The notes below the pieces were generated by a model. That model was not told the DNA's origin. It did not search any database and saw nothing but the letters and a program-made list of their open reading frames with translations. A stretch of 64,000 bases of DNA. Source: Eledone cirrhosa (lineage: Eukaryota). The position numbers were made by a program, and so were the translations under genes. Shown in pieces: positions 35,330-50,343 of the stretch (position 1 is the stretch's first letter; the number at the start of each line of letters is the position of its first letter). Location of the stretch: contig OZ024757.1 of NCBI GenBank assembly GCA_964016885.1, positions 15,934,001-15,998,000 of the forward strand, given 5' to 3'.

Positions 35330-35532
35330 AGGGTGGAAGTTCGTCAAATCGGACCAAGGAAACATTGTTTCCATTCCTCATATTATCTACCGGCTGCAAC
35401 TCCTGGTAGAAAGAGCAACATGAAATAAAGTATCTTGCTCAAGGATGTAACGCATCGCCCGGTCTGGAAATCGAAATCACAACCTTACGATTGAAAATCC
35501 AACTCCCTAACTACTAAGCGACGCGCTTTCAC
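35330..35532 (-). mobile_element. tRNA-derived SINE of a second family
   Basis: Minus strand GCGCGTCGCTTAGTAGTTAGG...TCGTAAGGTTGTGATTTCGATTTCC...CCTTGAGCAAGATACTTTATTTCA. Confidence 0.6.
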
Positions 35533-35960
35533 TGACAGACATCCGTTTGTTTCAAAGAGTTCATATTTAAATTAAATTAAAAATTCCTAATAATTTTATG
35601 TCAGAAAATATTTGTAGGTTAATATTTCAAAAACCAGCTTAAAAATAAAAATTTCCATATTTTACTAAATCCCTAAAACTCTAGATTAATTTCAAAATTA
35701 AATGAACATCAGTAACAGAGTTTTTCATTAGAAACATGACAACGATTATGTTAAGTATTGCATAAACATTTTCTAATGAAATGTTCAAGGTATTTCATTA
35801 AATAATTGAATGTTGGTAGCGTCTTTGTAAAACTACATTACGTAAAGCTAAAGTATATCTGCATGTATGCGTAGTCCCGTAACACACCAGGAAGTGTGGA
35901 GGGGTGCCGTATTGACATACAGCACTTCTCGGCCATTTTAAAACTTGCCAGAGCCCAATC

Positions 35961-37080
35961 TTCTCCGGGACTGAATACAGGGAGTCGTAGGGGTGCCGTA
36001 TTCTCCGGGACTGAATACAGGGAGTCGTAGGGGTGCCGTATTCTCCGGGACTGAATACAGGGAGTCGTAGGGGTGTCGTATTCTCCGGGACTGAATACAG
36101 GGAGTCGTAGGGGTGCCGTCTTCTCCGGGACTGAATACAGGGAGTCGTAGGGGTGCCGTCTTCTCCGGGACTGAATACAGGGAGTCGGAGGGGTGCCGTA
36201 TTCTCCGGGACTGAATACAGGGAGTCGTAGGGGTGCCGTCTTCTCCGGGACTGAATACAGGGAGTCGTAGAGGTGCCGTCTTCTCCGGGACTGAATACAG
36301 GGAGTCGGAGGGGTGCCGTATTCTCCGGGACTGAATACAGGGAGTCGTAGGGGTGCCGTCTTCTCCGGGACTGAATACAGGGAGTCGTAGGGGTGCCGTC
36401 TTCTCCGGGACTGAATACAGGGAGTCGTAGGGGTGCCGTCTTCTCCGGGACTGAATACAGGGAGTCGTAGGGGTGCCGTCTTCTCCGGGACTGAATACAG
36501 GGAGTCGTAGGGGTGCCGTCTTCTCCGGGACTGAATACAGGGAGTCGTAGAGGTGCCGTATTATTCAGTACTGAATACAGGGAGTCGTAGAGGTGCCGTC
36601 TTCTCCGGGACTGAATACAGGGAGTCGTAGGGGTGTCGTATTATTCAGTACTGAATACAGGGAGTCGTAGGGGTGCTGTATTCTCCGGGACTGAATACAG
36701 GGAGTCGTAGGGGTGCTGTATTCTCCGGGACTGAATACAGGGAGTCGTAGGGGTGCCGTATTATTCAGTACTGAATACAGGGAGTCGTAGGGGTGCCGTC
36801 TTCTCCGGGACTGAATACAGGGAGTCGTAGGGGTGTCGTATTCTCCGGGACTGAATACAGGGAGTCGTAGGGGTGTCGTATTCTCCGGGACTGAATACAG
36901 GGAGTCGTAGGGGTGTCGTATTCTCCGGGATTGAATACAGGGAGTCGTAGGGGTGTCGTATTCTTCGGAACTGAATACAGGGAGTCTGAAGGGTGCCGTA
37001 TTTTCCGGGGTTGAATACAGGGAGTCGTAGGGGTGCCGTCTTCTCCGGGATTGAATACGAGGGAGTCGTAGGGGTGCCAT
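35961..37080. repeat. 40 bp GC-rich minisatellite, ~28 copies
   Basis: Unit TTCTCCGGGACTGAATACAGGGAGTCGTAGGGGTGCCGT(A/C), exact 40 bp period. Confidence 0.97.
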
Positions 37081-37728
37081 ATATTAACATACATCGCTTC
37101 TAAGGCATTTTTAAACTTGCCAAAGCCCAATCTACTCCGGGACTGAATACAGCAGATTTCTTCTAGAGAAGGTTAGAGAGTGAGAGAAATGAAGTAAGAA
37201 AGAGTTACAGAGGAAGAGGCGACTCCAGAAACAAAAAATGGTACTTTTTTATCGACCTAGAATGGAAAATAGGCAAAGTTGACCTCGGCAGGAATTGAAC
37301 ACAGAAAGCAAAAACGAATCCTACAAAGTATTCCACCCAACACTTTAACGACTCTGCCAATTCTCCGTCTTCAAAGTATATATAAAGAAATATTTCTTCC
37401 TACTGCCACCTAATTTTGTTACCCAGAGATTTACCCATCTGCATTGTAGAGGCTTCCAAAACGTCCACTTTTCATATTCTACAATGCTTCAAGCAAACTC
37501 AAACACGGCTCTAAAGTATAATTATTTTTCTGTACTCTTGTATGTGTCAGGTATAATACAGCAGGTAATGTTATACTTTACATTGATGTAATTACAGTAA
37601 GGAAATTCCAAACTGCGGCAATTTGAACGTAGGCTCTTTATTCGGGAAGATAAATAGAGAGAGGGGGTGTACAGAGAGATAGAGGGAAAGAGGGGAGGAT
37701 AGAGAGACACAGAGGGAGAGAGAGAGAG

Positions 37729-37772
<44 letters not shown>

Positions 37773-38193
37773 TTAGGGATAGAGAGACTAAGAGAGAGAG
37801 AGAGAGAGGAGGATAGAGAGAGACAAAGGGGGAGAGAGGGGCTGAGGGAGAGAGGGGGGATAGGGAGACTAAGAGAGAGAAGGAGAGAGTTGGGCGATAG
37901 AGAGAGAGAAAGAATGGTCCGTATTCTATTATCCGGGGTTCACAGTGATAATAGCTTTTCCATATCGTTTCCAGGTAAAGCTCCGGAAACTGGAACAATA
38001 GAATTTTCCTTTTACTCAAACAATTACAGTTATTGCTACTGCAACATTTTATTCTAAGAGTGGTTGTTGAAATTACAGATTTAAATCTCTCCCATCTGAT
38101 TCTAAATTGTGCCACAGTACGACATGCTGCGATGCGGCTCATTGGCAAAGTTGTTAGAGCGTCGGACAGAATGATTTGCGTTATTTGTTTGGT

Positions 38194-38380
38194 GGTGGAT
38201 TGGCAGTATCGGTAGAGGGTCGGACGCCATGCTTTGATGCATAGAGTTACGGCCCTTGCTATTCTGAGTTCAAATCCCGCCGAGGTTAACTTTGCCTTTC
38301 ATCCTTACGGGGTCGATAAAATAAAGTACCAGTAATGTACTGGGTAATTTCTGGCCTTGTGCCAATAGTAGAAACAGTTA
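38194..38380 (+). mobile_element. Full-length tRNA-derived SINE
   Basis: GGTGGATTGGCAGTATCGGTAGAG (A box), GAGTTCAAATCCC (B box), central domain and tail as in 9317-9950. Confidence 0.85.
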
Positions 38381-38769
38381 TTTGTTCCAGCTCCCTACGT
38401 TGTCTTCAAAACTCGGTGAGTTCAAATTTATTTGTCTTTCATCTTCTCGACGTCGATAAAAAACGTATCAGTCCAGTACCGAGATCGATTCTCCCTTTAT
38501 ATATCTTTCCCACGTCACCCTCTCCCTCTTTCTCTCGTTCACGATTTCACCGAACTTATATTCATGGAAATCTGGGACTTGACTCTTTCTTCCTCACTTT
38601 TCGTTGCTTTACCATCTTTGTTTGTTTACACTCTCGCTCGTTCCCCTTATTTACGTGTCCCAACGACTTTCTTTAGCCGTTGCTCGCACCAACCGGAGGT
38701 ATATGGTCTTTAAAGCACTGAAATACCAATGATGGTTGGAAGATCACTGATGAAGGACTAACTTTATTC

Positions 38770-38835
<66 letters not shown>

Positions 38836-39129
38836 CTCTCCTTCACAGCTGCATTCAGACATGAGAGAGGGATGGGCTCCACCAGAGGTAAAAGGCCCAA
38901 GGCCTGCCAAACAATACTTGATATGAATTCAATGATTCAATGTTTGCAGTCCTCAAATGCATAAGGAAAAAACCCCTGAGAAATACAATGCAAACAACGT
39001 AGGTGCTGGTATATCGCCTTGTTTTACCTCATTTCTAACAAAAACAGGATCTGACACCTGCCCACCTATATTGACACAAGCTTGTACACCATCATGGAAA
39101 ACTTTCAGGACTACTGAGCTTAGTCAGAA

Positions 39130-39960
39130 TCCATAAGGAACTTCTATTCACCGTATCAAAAGCCTTTCTTTTGTCAACAAAGTCGTGACACAAATCCATT
39201 CCTTGTTCGATAGACGTTTCTTGTAGTTGCCTCACAGAGAAAATCATGTCTGTTGTCCCGCTATCACTTCTAAAACCTCACAGCGACTCAAGAATAACAT
39301 TGTCTGTGATGTTATTAAGCAATCTGCCCAGCAGAGGGCTATCCCACGATAACTAACCACAAACATCGTTTGCTCCTTTTCCTTTATAAAGCGCCTCCAT
39401 TAATGCACCTTCCCAATCCTTACGTATCAGGTTTGTAACCTTACGTATCAGGTTTGTAAGAAGTCGAAGAACGTTTTGACTTTCACATTTCAGTACCTCA
39501 GCACAAACATTATCCCTCTCTGGCGATCTTCCATTATTGAGTTGTTTTACAGCCAGTTCTACTTCCTCCAATGTAGGACTTTCAGTTAGTATATGTTAGC
39601 ATATCATTTGTAGGCCAACTAGGAACTGAGTCAATAAACTCCCTATTGACCCTGGGAGGCTTTTTCAAAATTTCATTGAGGTGTTCCCATACCTCAAAAG
39701 GATGACTTTTGGGTCTCTAAAAAATATATATTGCCATTTTGAGATTTCAGAGGTGTAATTGGAGAGGAATAAGGAAAATAGACTTCTCGGAATAAACTGT
39801 AACGTGGATCTGTATTGTTGGCATCAGCAGCAGCCTGGTTCTCCTTCGCTTTACCTCTCCATTATACATCTTGCACGATACGGAGCTTGCGCTGTAAGTT
39901 AGCCTTCACCTCCTTTAACAACATCTCACTCTTTCCAGCTCCTTGCCCTCCTGTAAGCTT
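39130..39960 (-). pseudogene. Degraded RTE-clade LINE reverse transcriptase fragment
   Basis: EEVELAVKQLNNGRSP..D.V.AEVLK, ALYKGKG, then GFRSDSGTTDMIFSVRQLQE and KAFDTV across frameshifts and stops. Confidence 0.75.
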
Positions 39961-40160
39961 CTTATAATTCAAGGGATGACAATTTCTTTTCTTTTACAAC
40001 TTTGCCACCAGGAAGGTGGCCGGTCAAACGTGTACTCGAAATTAAGAGAATGAGAAACATACATACATACATACATACATACATACATACATACATACAT
40101 ACATGAATGATGGTTGCCCCCTCGTTATCGAGTATGGTCATTGCACGAAAAAACAAAACA

Positions 40161-40193
<33 letters not shown>

Positions 40194-40360
40194 TATTATT
40201 ATTATTATTTTAAAAAAATACACATATAAATACATAAATATATATATATATATACATTCACACACATATACATACACACACACATACGTACCCCCACACA
40301 CACATACATATACTCACATATATACTATCAATTAACGGTGCTGCGATCGAATGTGGCTTT

Positions 40361-40600
40361 TTAGCCCAGCCAATGATCTAAAATGTCTCTTCCAAAGGCT
40401 TGACAAGTATGATGAGCAGCATCTCTAACAGCAGCTTGGTAGTCAAACACTGGTCTCACTTTATGACTGCGAAGATGACTTTCGAGTCCAGCTTTGCTGA
40501 AGCAGAGTCTCGCACAGACGCTGCATGATAGCTCCATAGGAGGATCTTCGCTGTCTGGAAATGCAACAGCAATGTCTTTCCTCACACCACTTTCTACTTT
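40361..40600 (-). pseudogene. RTE-type C-terminal C2H2 zinc-finger fragment
   Basis: CSVCARLCFSKAGLESHLRSH; an RTE-like 3' end with (TATG)n tail lies at ~40060-40140. Confidence 0.55.
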
Positions 40601-40649
40601 CTCGTATGCGCACATACATACATATTGCTGTCAGTGTGTTACGTCTATC

Positions 40650-40707
<58 letters not shown>

Positions 40708-41599
40708 GTACAACCATTTAAATCATTGCGTTATATCATCAGCATGTTTATAGCAATTATCACGCCTGCCATTTCTATATCAACGTGACAGCATTATATT
40801 AAAACATATTCTACTATATCATATTATGTTCCATTATATGTAATTGTCAATTTATCTTTGCTCATAAGTGAATAGCTGAAAGAATTAGCGGAATCTAAGT
40901 TTATGATATCTGCTTACATTACATGGTTCAAGCTGCGGGAAAAGATATAGAAATTTGTCAGAAAACAGATGAAAATGGCGGTCATACTCCCTGTGGAATA
41001 CTACAGAAACGTCAATTCAATGAATCTAATATAGCTTTGTGTTGAAATATTTTCGATGAATTTTTCAAAACATTTCTATTGAAAGGAGTTTCGATTTGTG
41101 CAAGAAATTTCTGCAACATTAAATTGATAAATGAAAATATTGACAAAGGGAATTGACTACTTAAGATTAAGTATATCGAACGCGTTAACGAGACGCTGTA
41201 CAGAGGGTTATTGTGTAAACAAAATTAGCAGTTTCGCTAAAATTGATGTATTTATACATTGTCCAGCCACTCCCTGGAGTGTAACCCTACTCTTCCATTT
41301 ATTCCTTGACAAATATCATCGAAAACAAAACAAAAAAAAATGCTTTACTCCGTTGGCATTTTTAATTTCTCATGACGTAGATGCGTCAACGTTGTTATAA
41401 AATTCGTTTTACATTCTGACCAGATTCTCAGACAATCTCAGAAGAATTCCTTTGTCATCCGTTCCAACTTACTTTGCAATGTTCATAGGAATACCAATAC
41501 TTCGTTCAATATTCAATGCAATCTTTGATTGTTTTTTTTTTTTCTTCTCAAAAGTGGGAAAAATGAAGCGAGAAATAAATAGGAAAATAATAATAATAA

Positions 41600-42350
41600 A
41601 TTCTTTTTGGCACAAGGTCAACAATCACCCCAGTGTATTACATTTGCTTTATTTTATCGACCCCGTAAGGATGAAAGGCAAAGTTAACCTTGGCGGGATT
41701 TAAACTCAGAACGTAAAAGGCCTTAACTCTATGCTGCAAAGTGTGGCGTCTGAAGCTCTACCGATACTGTCAATCCACCGCCCAAAAATAATGGTTTCTT
41801 ATATAGGCAAAAGGTCAGTAATTTTGGGGTAGGGGAAAATCGATTAAATCGACTCCAGTACGGGACTGGTACTTTATTTTATCGATCCCGTAAGCATGAA
41901 AGGCAAAGCTAACCTCGGTGGGATTTGAATGCAGAATGTAAAGGGCCATAACTCTATGGTACAAAGCATAGTGTCTGACGCTCTACCGATACTGTCAATC
42001 CACCGCCCTAAAATAATAATAATAATAATAATTGTTTTTACTTTTGGCACAAGGCCAGCAATTACCAGTGCATTACTGGTACTTTATTTTATCGACCCCC
42101 GTTAGGATGAAAGGCAAAGTTAACCTCGACGGGATTTGAACTCAGAATGGCAAGGGCCGTAACTCTATGCGTCAAAGCATGGCGTCCGACCCTCTACCGA
42201 TACTGCCAATAATAATAATAATAATGATGATTTCTACTATAGGCACAAGATCAGCAATTTTGGAGGAGTGGAAAGTCGATTAAATCGATCCAAGTGCATC
42301 ACTGGTACCTTATTTTATCGAAGCCGTGAGGATGAAAGGTTAAGTTAACC
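41600..42350 (-). mobile_element. Tandem cluster of four SINE copies
   Basis: Four repeats of GGCACAAG..CAGCAATT...TTTATTTTATCGA...GATGAAAGG...; three end in TACCGATACTG(T/C)CAAT. Confidence 0.8.
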
Positions 42351-42828
42351 TAAAAAGTAATAAAAGACTGTGGAAAAATTGGGAGGCAGCAATACCTACA
42401 CCCTTAGCTGGAGATGGTGTATACACACAATCTCTACACTTTTGGGTGGGTGGTCTATAGACACGCACTCACACATTTAAGTATATATATATATATATAT
42501 ATATCAAGTAAAGCAACGGAGTAAAGGACTCGCATACATCCCTGTAATTTAATGAGCTCAAAGGAATGAAATCCTGGTCTTATACCCCCTGTAAATGAAA
42601 ACACACTCTCCTATATATATATATCACCCCTCCCTCCTAATATTCTCTATAAAAACTAAATAGGTCCTCAGTAATATTATTCTGATGAAATGACAGTAAA
42701 TAATAACATTGAAATAGTGAATGTCTGCATAACTAAAAGTTTGTAGATAGCAGCTGTTTTAGGTTATGTAACTGTTATAGAAACACGTGTCAATAAATTC
42801 CTTTCAACTAAACTGTATCCATTCAAAT

Positions 42829-42873
<45 letters not shown>

Positions 42874-43081
42874 AAAGTTCTATTTAAATTGTTGGGATAC
42901 AACAAGCAAATATTTTTATAACTGATATAAAGCACTCAACAAATATTTGGAGTAAACATACGATATTAACAAATGGAAATGTTGTCTGATGAAAGCACAC
43001 CATAATTTAACTTGGTGTCCTTGAAATATGTATAATGAAATAAATATGCTTTTATAAATATAGTTTCCATTTGTTAATATC

Positions 43082-43142
<61 letters not shown>

Positions 43143-43239
43143 TTATTCCGAGTTGAATCGGAGGTAACCACAGTAAGTAACCCTGATGATTTCTCACGAA
43201 TGAAACAGTTCTAGTTCTGTGGAAGCTTTTCTATATTAA

Positions 43240-43304
<65 letters not shown>

Positions 43305-43305
<1 letters not shown>

Positions 43306-43792
43306 GATTTTGAGCCGAGCATCTTAACCCACCCCTAATCAACTCTCTATTGCCATTCACAGATTTCCAGGCGTCAGGTAGAAGCAATACCAAAAACAAC
43401 ACACCTTTGATTCCGTTTTGCACCTTCGCTATACGAACTTACAACCTTACGACTTTCAGCCGAGCATGTTAAGCCACTCCTAATCTTTAGGCGTCAGGTA
43501 GAAGCAATCATAAAAACAACACACATTTGATTCCGTTTTGCACCTTCGCTATACGAACTAACAACCTTACGACTTTCAGCCGAGCATGTTAAGCCACTCC
43601 TAATCTTTAGGCGTCAGGTAGAAGCAATCATAAAAACAACACACCTTTGATTCCGTTTTGCACCTTCGCTATACGAACTTACAACCTTACGACTTTCAGC
43701 CGAGCATGTTAAGCCACTCCTAATCTTTAGGCGTCAGGTAGAAGCAATCATAAAAACAACACACATTTGATTCCGATTCACGCCTTCGCTAT
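43305..43792 (-). repeat. 120 bp tandem repeat (~4 copies) containing a tRNA-like head
   Basis: ACAACCTTACGACTTTCAGCCGAGCATGTTAAGCCACT at 43441, 43561, 43681; minus strand AGTGGCTTAACATGCTCGGCTGAAAGTCGTAAGGTTGT(A/T)AGTTCG resembles the SINE head at 35470-35525. Confidence 0.8.
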
Positions 43793-43984
43793 AAACACAA
43801 TAAATTTCCTTGAATTGAGAAAAAAACAAACATATTTATTACGCTGTTAGATTATTGAGCTGACGAACGCAAATCATGGAGCTAGTTACTGGTGTCACCT
43901 TGGTCAGCTTTAAACAAGGCTCTTGAGTCAATGTTAATTTCCATTCTCACCCGACTTCACACCCGCCGACCCCCTTGTCCACCC

Positions 43985-44060
43985 GTTCTCTCTCTCACAC
44001 ACACACATACTTTCACAAGCTGTCTCTTTCTCTCTCTCTCACACACATTCTCACACGCTT

Positions 44061-44094
<34 letters not shown>

Positions 44095-44627
44095 ACACGC
44101 TGTCTCTCTCTCTCTCACATACTCTCACACGCTCTCTCTCTCTCACGCTGTATCTCTCTCTCTCACACATTCTCACACGCTTTCTCTCTCCCCCTCTCTC
44201 TCTCTCACACGTGGCTCTCTCTCTCTCTCTCTCTCACACGCTGTCTTTCTCTCTCTCACATACTCTCACATGCTCTCTCACACATACTCTCACACGCTGT
44301 CTCTCTCTCTCTCTCTCTCTCACACTCTCACACGCTGTTTTTCTCTCTCTCACACACTCTCACATGCTCTCTCCCTCTCTCTCTCTCACACGCTGTCTCT
44401 CTCTCTCTCTCTCTCTCTCTCACACTCTGTCTTTCTCTCTCACACACTCTCACATGCTCTCTCTCTCTCACACGCTGTCTCTCTCTCTCACACACTCTCA
44501 CACGCTGTCTTTCTCTCTCTCACACACTCTCACATGCTCTCTCTCACACGCTGTCTCTCTCTCTCTCTCTCTCACACACACTCTCACACGCTGTCTTTCT
44601 CTCTCTCACACACTCTCACAGGCTCTC

Positions 44628-44660
<33 letters not shown>

Positions 44661-44708
44661 TCTCACACGCTGTCTGTCTGTCCGTCTCTCTCTCTCTCTC
44701 ACACGCTA

Positions 44709-44739
<31 letters not shown>

Positions 44740-44795
44740 CTCTCACACGCTGTCTTTCTCTCTCTCTCACACTCTCACACGCTGTCTGTCTGTCC

Positions 44796-44826
<31 letters not shown>

Positions 44827-45475
44827 TCTCTCTCTCCATCTACCACACTTTTATTATTTAATCAGTGAAATTACGTTATATTTTAACACGGTACTCGTCC
44901 TGTTCTGTTCATGTAGACCACATTAAGCCTGCCTGTAACGCACCACCACCCACAGCCACCACCCACGGCCATCATTCCTGCCATTGTTCCCTCGCTTCCT
45001 ACACACACACACAGACACACACACACACACACACAGATACACACACATACAGACACACACACAGAGAGACACACACACAAAGATACACACACATACAGAC
45101 ACACACACACACACACAGAGACATACATACACAGACATACACACACACACAGACACACCCACGACCCTCATTCCTGCCATTGTTCCCTCGCTTCCTACAC
45201 ACACACACAGACACACACACACACAAAGATACACACACATACAGCCACACACTCAGAGACATACATACACAGACATACACACACACAGAGACACGCACGC
45301 ACAGACACACCCACGCACAGACTTACACACACACAGACATACATACATACACTGACGTACACACACACATACACATACATACACACGCACACATACACAT
45401 ACATACACACATACACACACATACATATACACACACACACACACACACAGACATACACACAGAGACATACATTCT
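43985..45475. repeat. Compound (CT)n/(CA)n minisatellite (CACACGCTGTCT units) followed by a (CA)n field
   Basis: Direct inspection; SL/HT ORFs are artefacts. Confidence 0.9.
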
Positions 45476-45559
45476 CTTGCACGTATCTTACATATTTGAT
45501 TTGCAGTGATAGTTATATATGTCTACATCGATGAACACATACATCTATCTGCGAGCATA

Positions 45560-46187
45560 TGTATACATACTTACATGGTGGCTGCCAACTCGTTTTCGAG
45601 TACGGCCACTACTTTATATCCATGTAGGAGAACCCCTACCGATGCGCTGAACGAGTGTGACTTTTTAGTCCAGCCAGCGACTTGAAAACTCTGGTACAAA
45701 CACTACACTTGTGACAATTATTGACATATAGTGCTGGGCCCATGGTATACCATGTGACGACAAGTGCAGAGAGATCTCCAGATATAAAGCAATGCCTGTG
45801 CCGTGAAGCTTTTATAGTGAGCAAAGGCACTGCACAAAGCCAGTCCCACTCTCTTAACCAAGATGATATTTACCAAAAAGAAGAACAAGTCAACATCATT
45901 GGATACCATCAGGGTTGCAGGTGTTATATCAGAGTTTTCCTTCTCCTAGAATTCTGCCTTGCCAAAGGCTAAGGGGTCATCTCTCCCGGTGATTTTGGAT
46001 GGCCATTAACTCTTAAGAGCTCCTTTGCCCTTTGACAGGTTTTGTTTTTAGTCCTGAATGATGTCCAAAGTCACCCTCCTCACCAAGAAACCTTGGTGGG
46101 GTTGCCAGTTTAGTCGCCAACGACCCGACCATGGGACAGGTTGTACTGGGATACATGTTACCAGTAGCACCAACTGGTGACCTGACC
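45560..46187 (-). mobile_element. Internally deleted RTE-like element (5' leader joined to C-terminal zinc finger and 3' UTR), flanked by (TATG)n
   Basis: CSVCTRVFKSLAGLKSHTRSAH* then GTGGCCGTACTCGAAAACGAGTTGGCAGCCACCATGTAAGTATGT; 5' part GTCGTTGGCGACTAAACTGGCAACCCC resembles RTE leaders. Confidence 0.55.
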
Positions 46188-46452
46188 ATAACATACATAC
46201 ATACATACATACAAATATATATACGTATAGTCATACATATATACATACATACATAAACACATACATACAAAACTACATACATATATCCATACATATATAC
46301 ATACATACATATATACATACACACATACACACATACATACATATATACATACATATTGCCAGCTACTCAGGTACATAGATAGATAGGTAGGTAGATAGAT
46401 ATACAGGTAGGTAGATAAATAAATATACTTATATATATATATTATATATATA

Positions 46453-46533
<81 letters not shown>

Positions 46534-46656
46534 CGAGATGAGAGAGAGAGCTAAATAGAGAATAGAATCAAAGAGTAAGAGCGAGTGAGAGTGTGTGTGT
46601 GTCTGTGTGCATGTGTCTGTGTGCGTGCTTATGAGTGTGTGTGTATATATATATAC

Positions 46657-46778
<122 letters not shown>

Positions 46779-47150
46779 GTGTGTGCGTGTGTGTGTGTGC
46801 GTGTGCGTGTGTGTGCGCGTGTGTGTGTGCGTGTGAATGATGGTTGTGTATAAGGAGTTAATTAATTAGCCAGTTCACTAGCTAGCTGGCCCGGTAGGTA
46901 AAAATACAAAGGACAATTATATGGGAATAGGGAAGATGAGGGTGGTGGTGGCGAGGCTTGCGGTGGGGGAAGAGAGAGAGAAATATGTGAATAGACTTGT
47001 AAGAAAATACTATAGAGAATATAACAACAATGAGAGAGAGTAGGTGACTAAGAGAGAAAATAAGTGAAAGAGAGAGAACATGAGTGAGAGAAAGTGAGAG
47101 AAGAGAGAGAAGAGTGAGAGAGAGTGTGTGACTAAAAGAGAAAGTGAGTC

Positions 47151-47189
<39 letters not shown>

Positions 47190-47665
47190 AAGTGAGAGAC
47201 AAAGAGAGACAAAGTGAAAGAGAGAGTGATGAAAAAGTGAGAGGGAAAGAGGTGAATAATGGTGAAAACGTGTGAGAGAGAGAGTGTGTGTGGAGAAAGA
47301 AATAGAGAGAAAGAGAGAGAGAATGGTGAAAGGGAGAGTGAAAGTGAAAGAGAGAAAGAGAGAGAGAGAATGGTGAAAGGGAGAGTGAATGTGAAAGAGA
47401 GAAAGAGAGAGAGAGAGAGGGTGGAAAGGAGAGACTGAAAGAAAGAGGACAGGCTAGAGAAGTGTTGATTAATGAGTGTCTGTTGACAAGAAGTGAGCAG
47501 ATTAAGACTATAGACCCTGAGTAAAGTAATCAGAAGAGAAGAATACGTCAGGGTTTAGTCAACTGCATCTTTCTATTACTCTATATATATGAATATAGAT
47601 GAATATATATGTGTGTATATATATATATATATAAATGATATATATATATATAGATAGATAGATAC

Positions 47666-47759
47666 ATTTCTTTATTAGCCACAAGGGCAGAAAAGAAGGG
47701 GACAAATACAAATGGGGAGTTTACATACAGGTATATGAAAATAAAACAATTAATAAAAT

Positions 47760-47765
<6 letters not shown>
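47666..47765 (-). mobile_element. Tx1-clade 3' end fragment adjacent to (GATA)n
   Basis: TTTCTTTATTAGCCACAAGGGCAGAAAAGAAGGGGACAAATACAAATGGGGAGTTTACATA matches 14221-14280. Confidence 0.75.
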
Positions 47766-47808
<43 letters not shown>

Positions 47809-48012
47809 GATATATTCATACATACATACACACATACATATACATATATATATCAGTGGATATGTGTATATACACACGCACATACATACATATATATATA
47901 TTATATGTATGTGTGTATGAATATATATATCTCTCTCTCTATATATATAAATATATATATATGTATTATATGTATGTGTGTGTGTGTATGTATGTATGAA
48001 TCTATCTATCTA

Positions 48013-48052
<40 letters not shown>

Positions 48053-48139
48053 CACCCCCCCCCCCCAACTCTCAAGAGCGTGAAACTAATAAACCTTTGT
48101 TTGTACTGCCTCTCTGTTTTGTTCCCGTTCCATTTTTCA

Positions 48140-49280
<1,141 letters not shown>

Positions 49281-49728
49281 TGAAACATGTCTGCGTGTGT
49301 ATCTACCGTTACAATCTGTTGCTAAGGAAGAAGAATAAGAATGAGAGAGGAGATAAAGATGGTGATGGTGATGGTGATGGTGATGGCGATGACGATGAAA
49401 ATAAAGATGAAAAACCTACTTGTATGCAGCGGAAGGAATAGCAACGAGAAAAATAAAAGAGTAAAAGACGAAGATTAAAAATATAAAAAAAAATGGTGGA
49501 ACTGAGGCATTTTCCAAACATGAAACGTACCAGCTTTTCGTGGATTCTGGCAGGAATTAGATAGAATTAATTTTCTAATTAATTGAGATTCCTGGGTTTT
49601 ATTATCTGATTCTATGTGACATTTGTAGTTCAGGCTGATTCGTTAGCCTATCATATCTCTCCGAGTTAAGAAACAGAGAGTAAAATAGCCTTCAACACGC
49701 TGTTATCTCAGAGGTATTCAGCTATGTG

Positions 49729-49762
<34 letters not shown>

Positions 49763-49768
<6 letters not shown>

Positions 49769-49807
49769 AGGCAGTATATTTACACGGACACACATATATA
49801 TACACAA

Positions 49808-49841
<34 letters not shown>

Positions 49842-49909
49842 CAGGCAGTATATTTACACGGACACACACATATATATACACAAACACACACACACATATA
49901 TACACACAA

Positions 49910-49948
<39 letters not shown>

Positions 49949-50035
49949 GCAGGCAGTATATTTACACGGACACACACACATATATACACAAACACACACA
50001 CACACACACACACATATATACACACAAACACACAA

Positions 50036-50069
<34 letters not shown>

Positions 50070-50190
50070 CAGGCAGTATATTTACACGGACACACACATA
50101 TATATACACAAACACACACACACATATATACACACAAACACACACACACACATATATACACACAAACACACACACACACATATATACACA

Positions 50191-50225
<35 letters not shown>

Positions 50226-50306
50226 TATATATATATAGCAGGCAGTATATTTACACGGACACACACATATATATACACAAACACACACACACATATATAC
50301 ACACAA

Positions 50307-50343
<37 letters not shown>

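Noticed and set aside
35961-37080. CRISPR-like regular array and 109-171 aa ORFs
   Set aside because: Contiguous 40 bp units with no unique spacers, eukaryotic context, no cas genes; ORFs arise because the unit lacks stops.
38194-38285. Possible tRNA gene
   Set aside because: A and B boxes belong to a SINE head continuing into SINE body; no complete cloverleaf or poly-T terminator.
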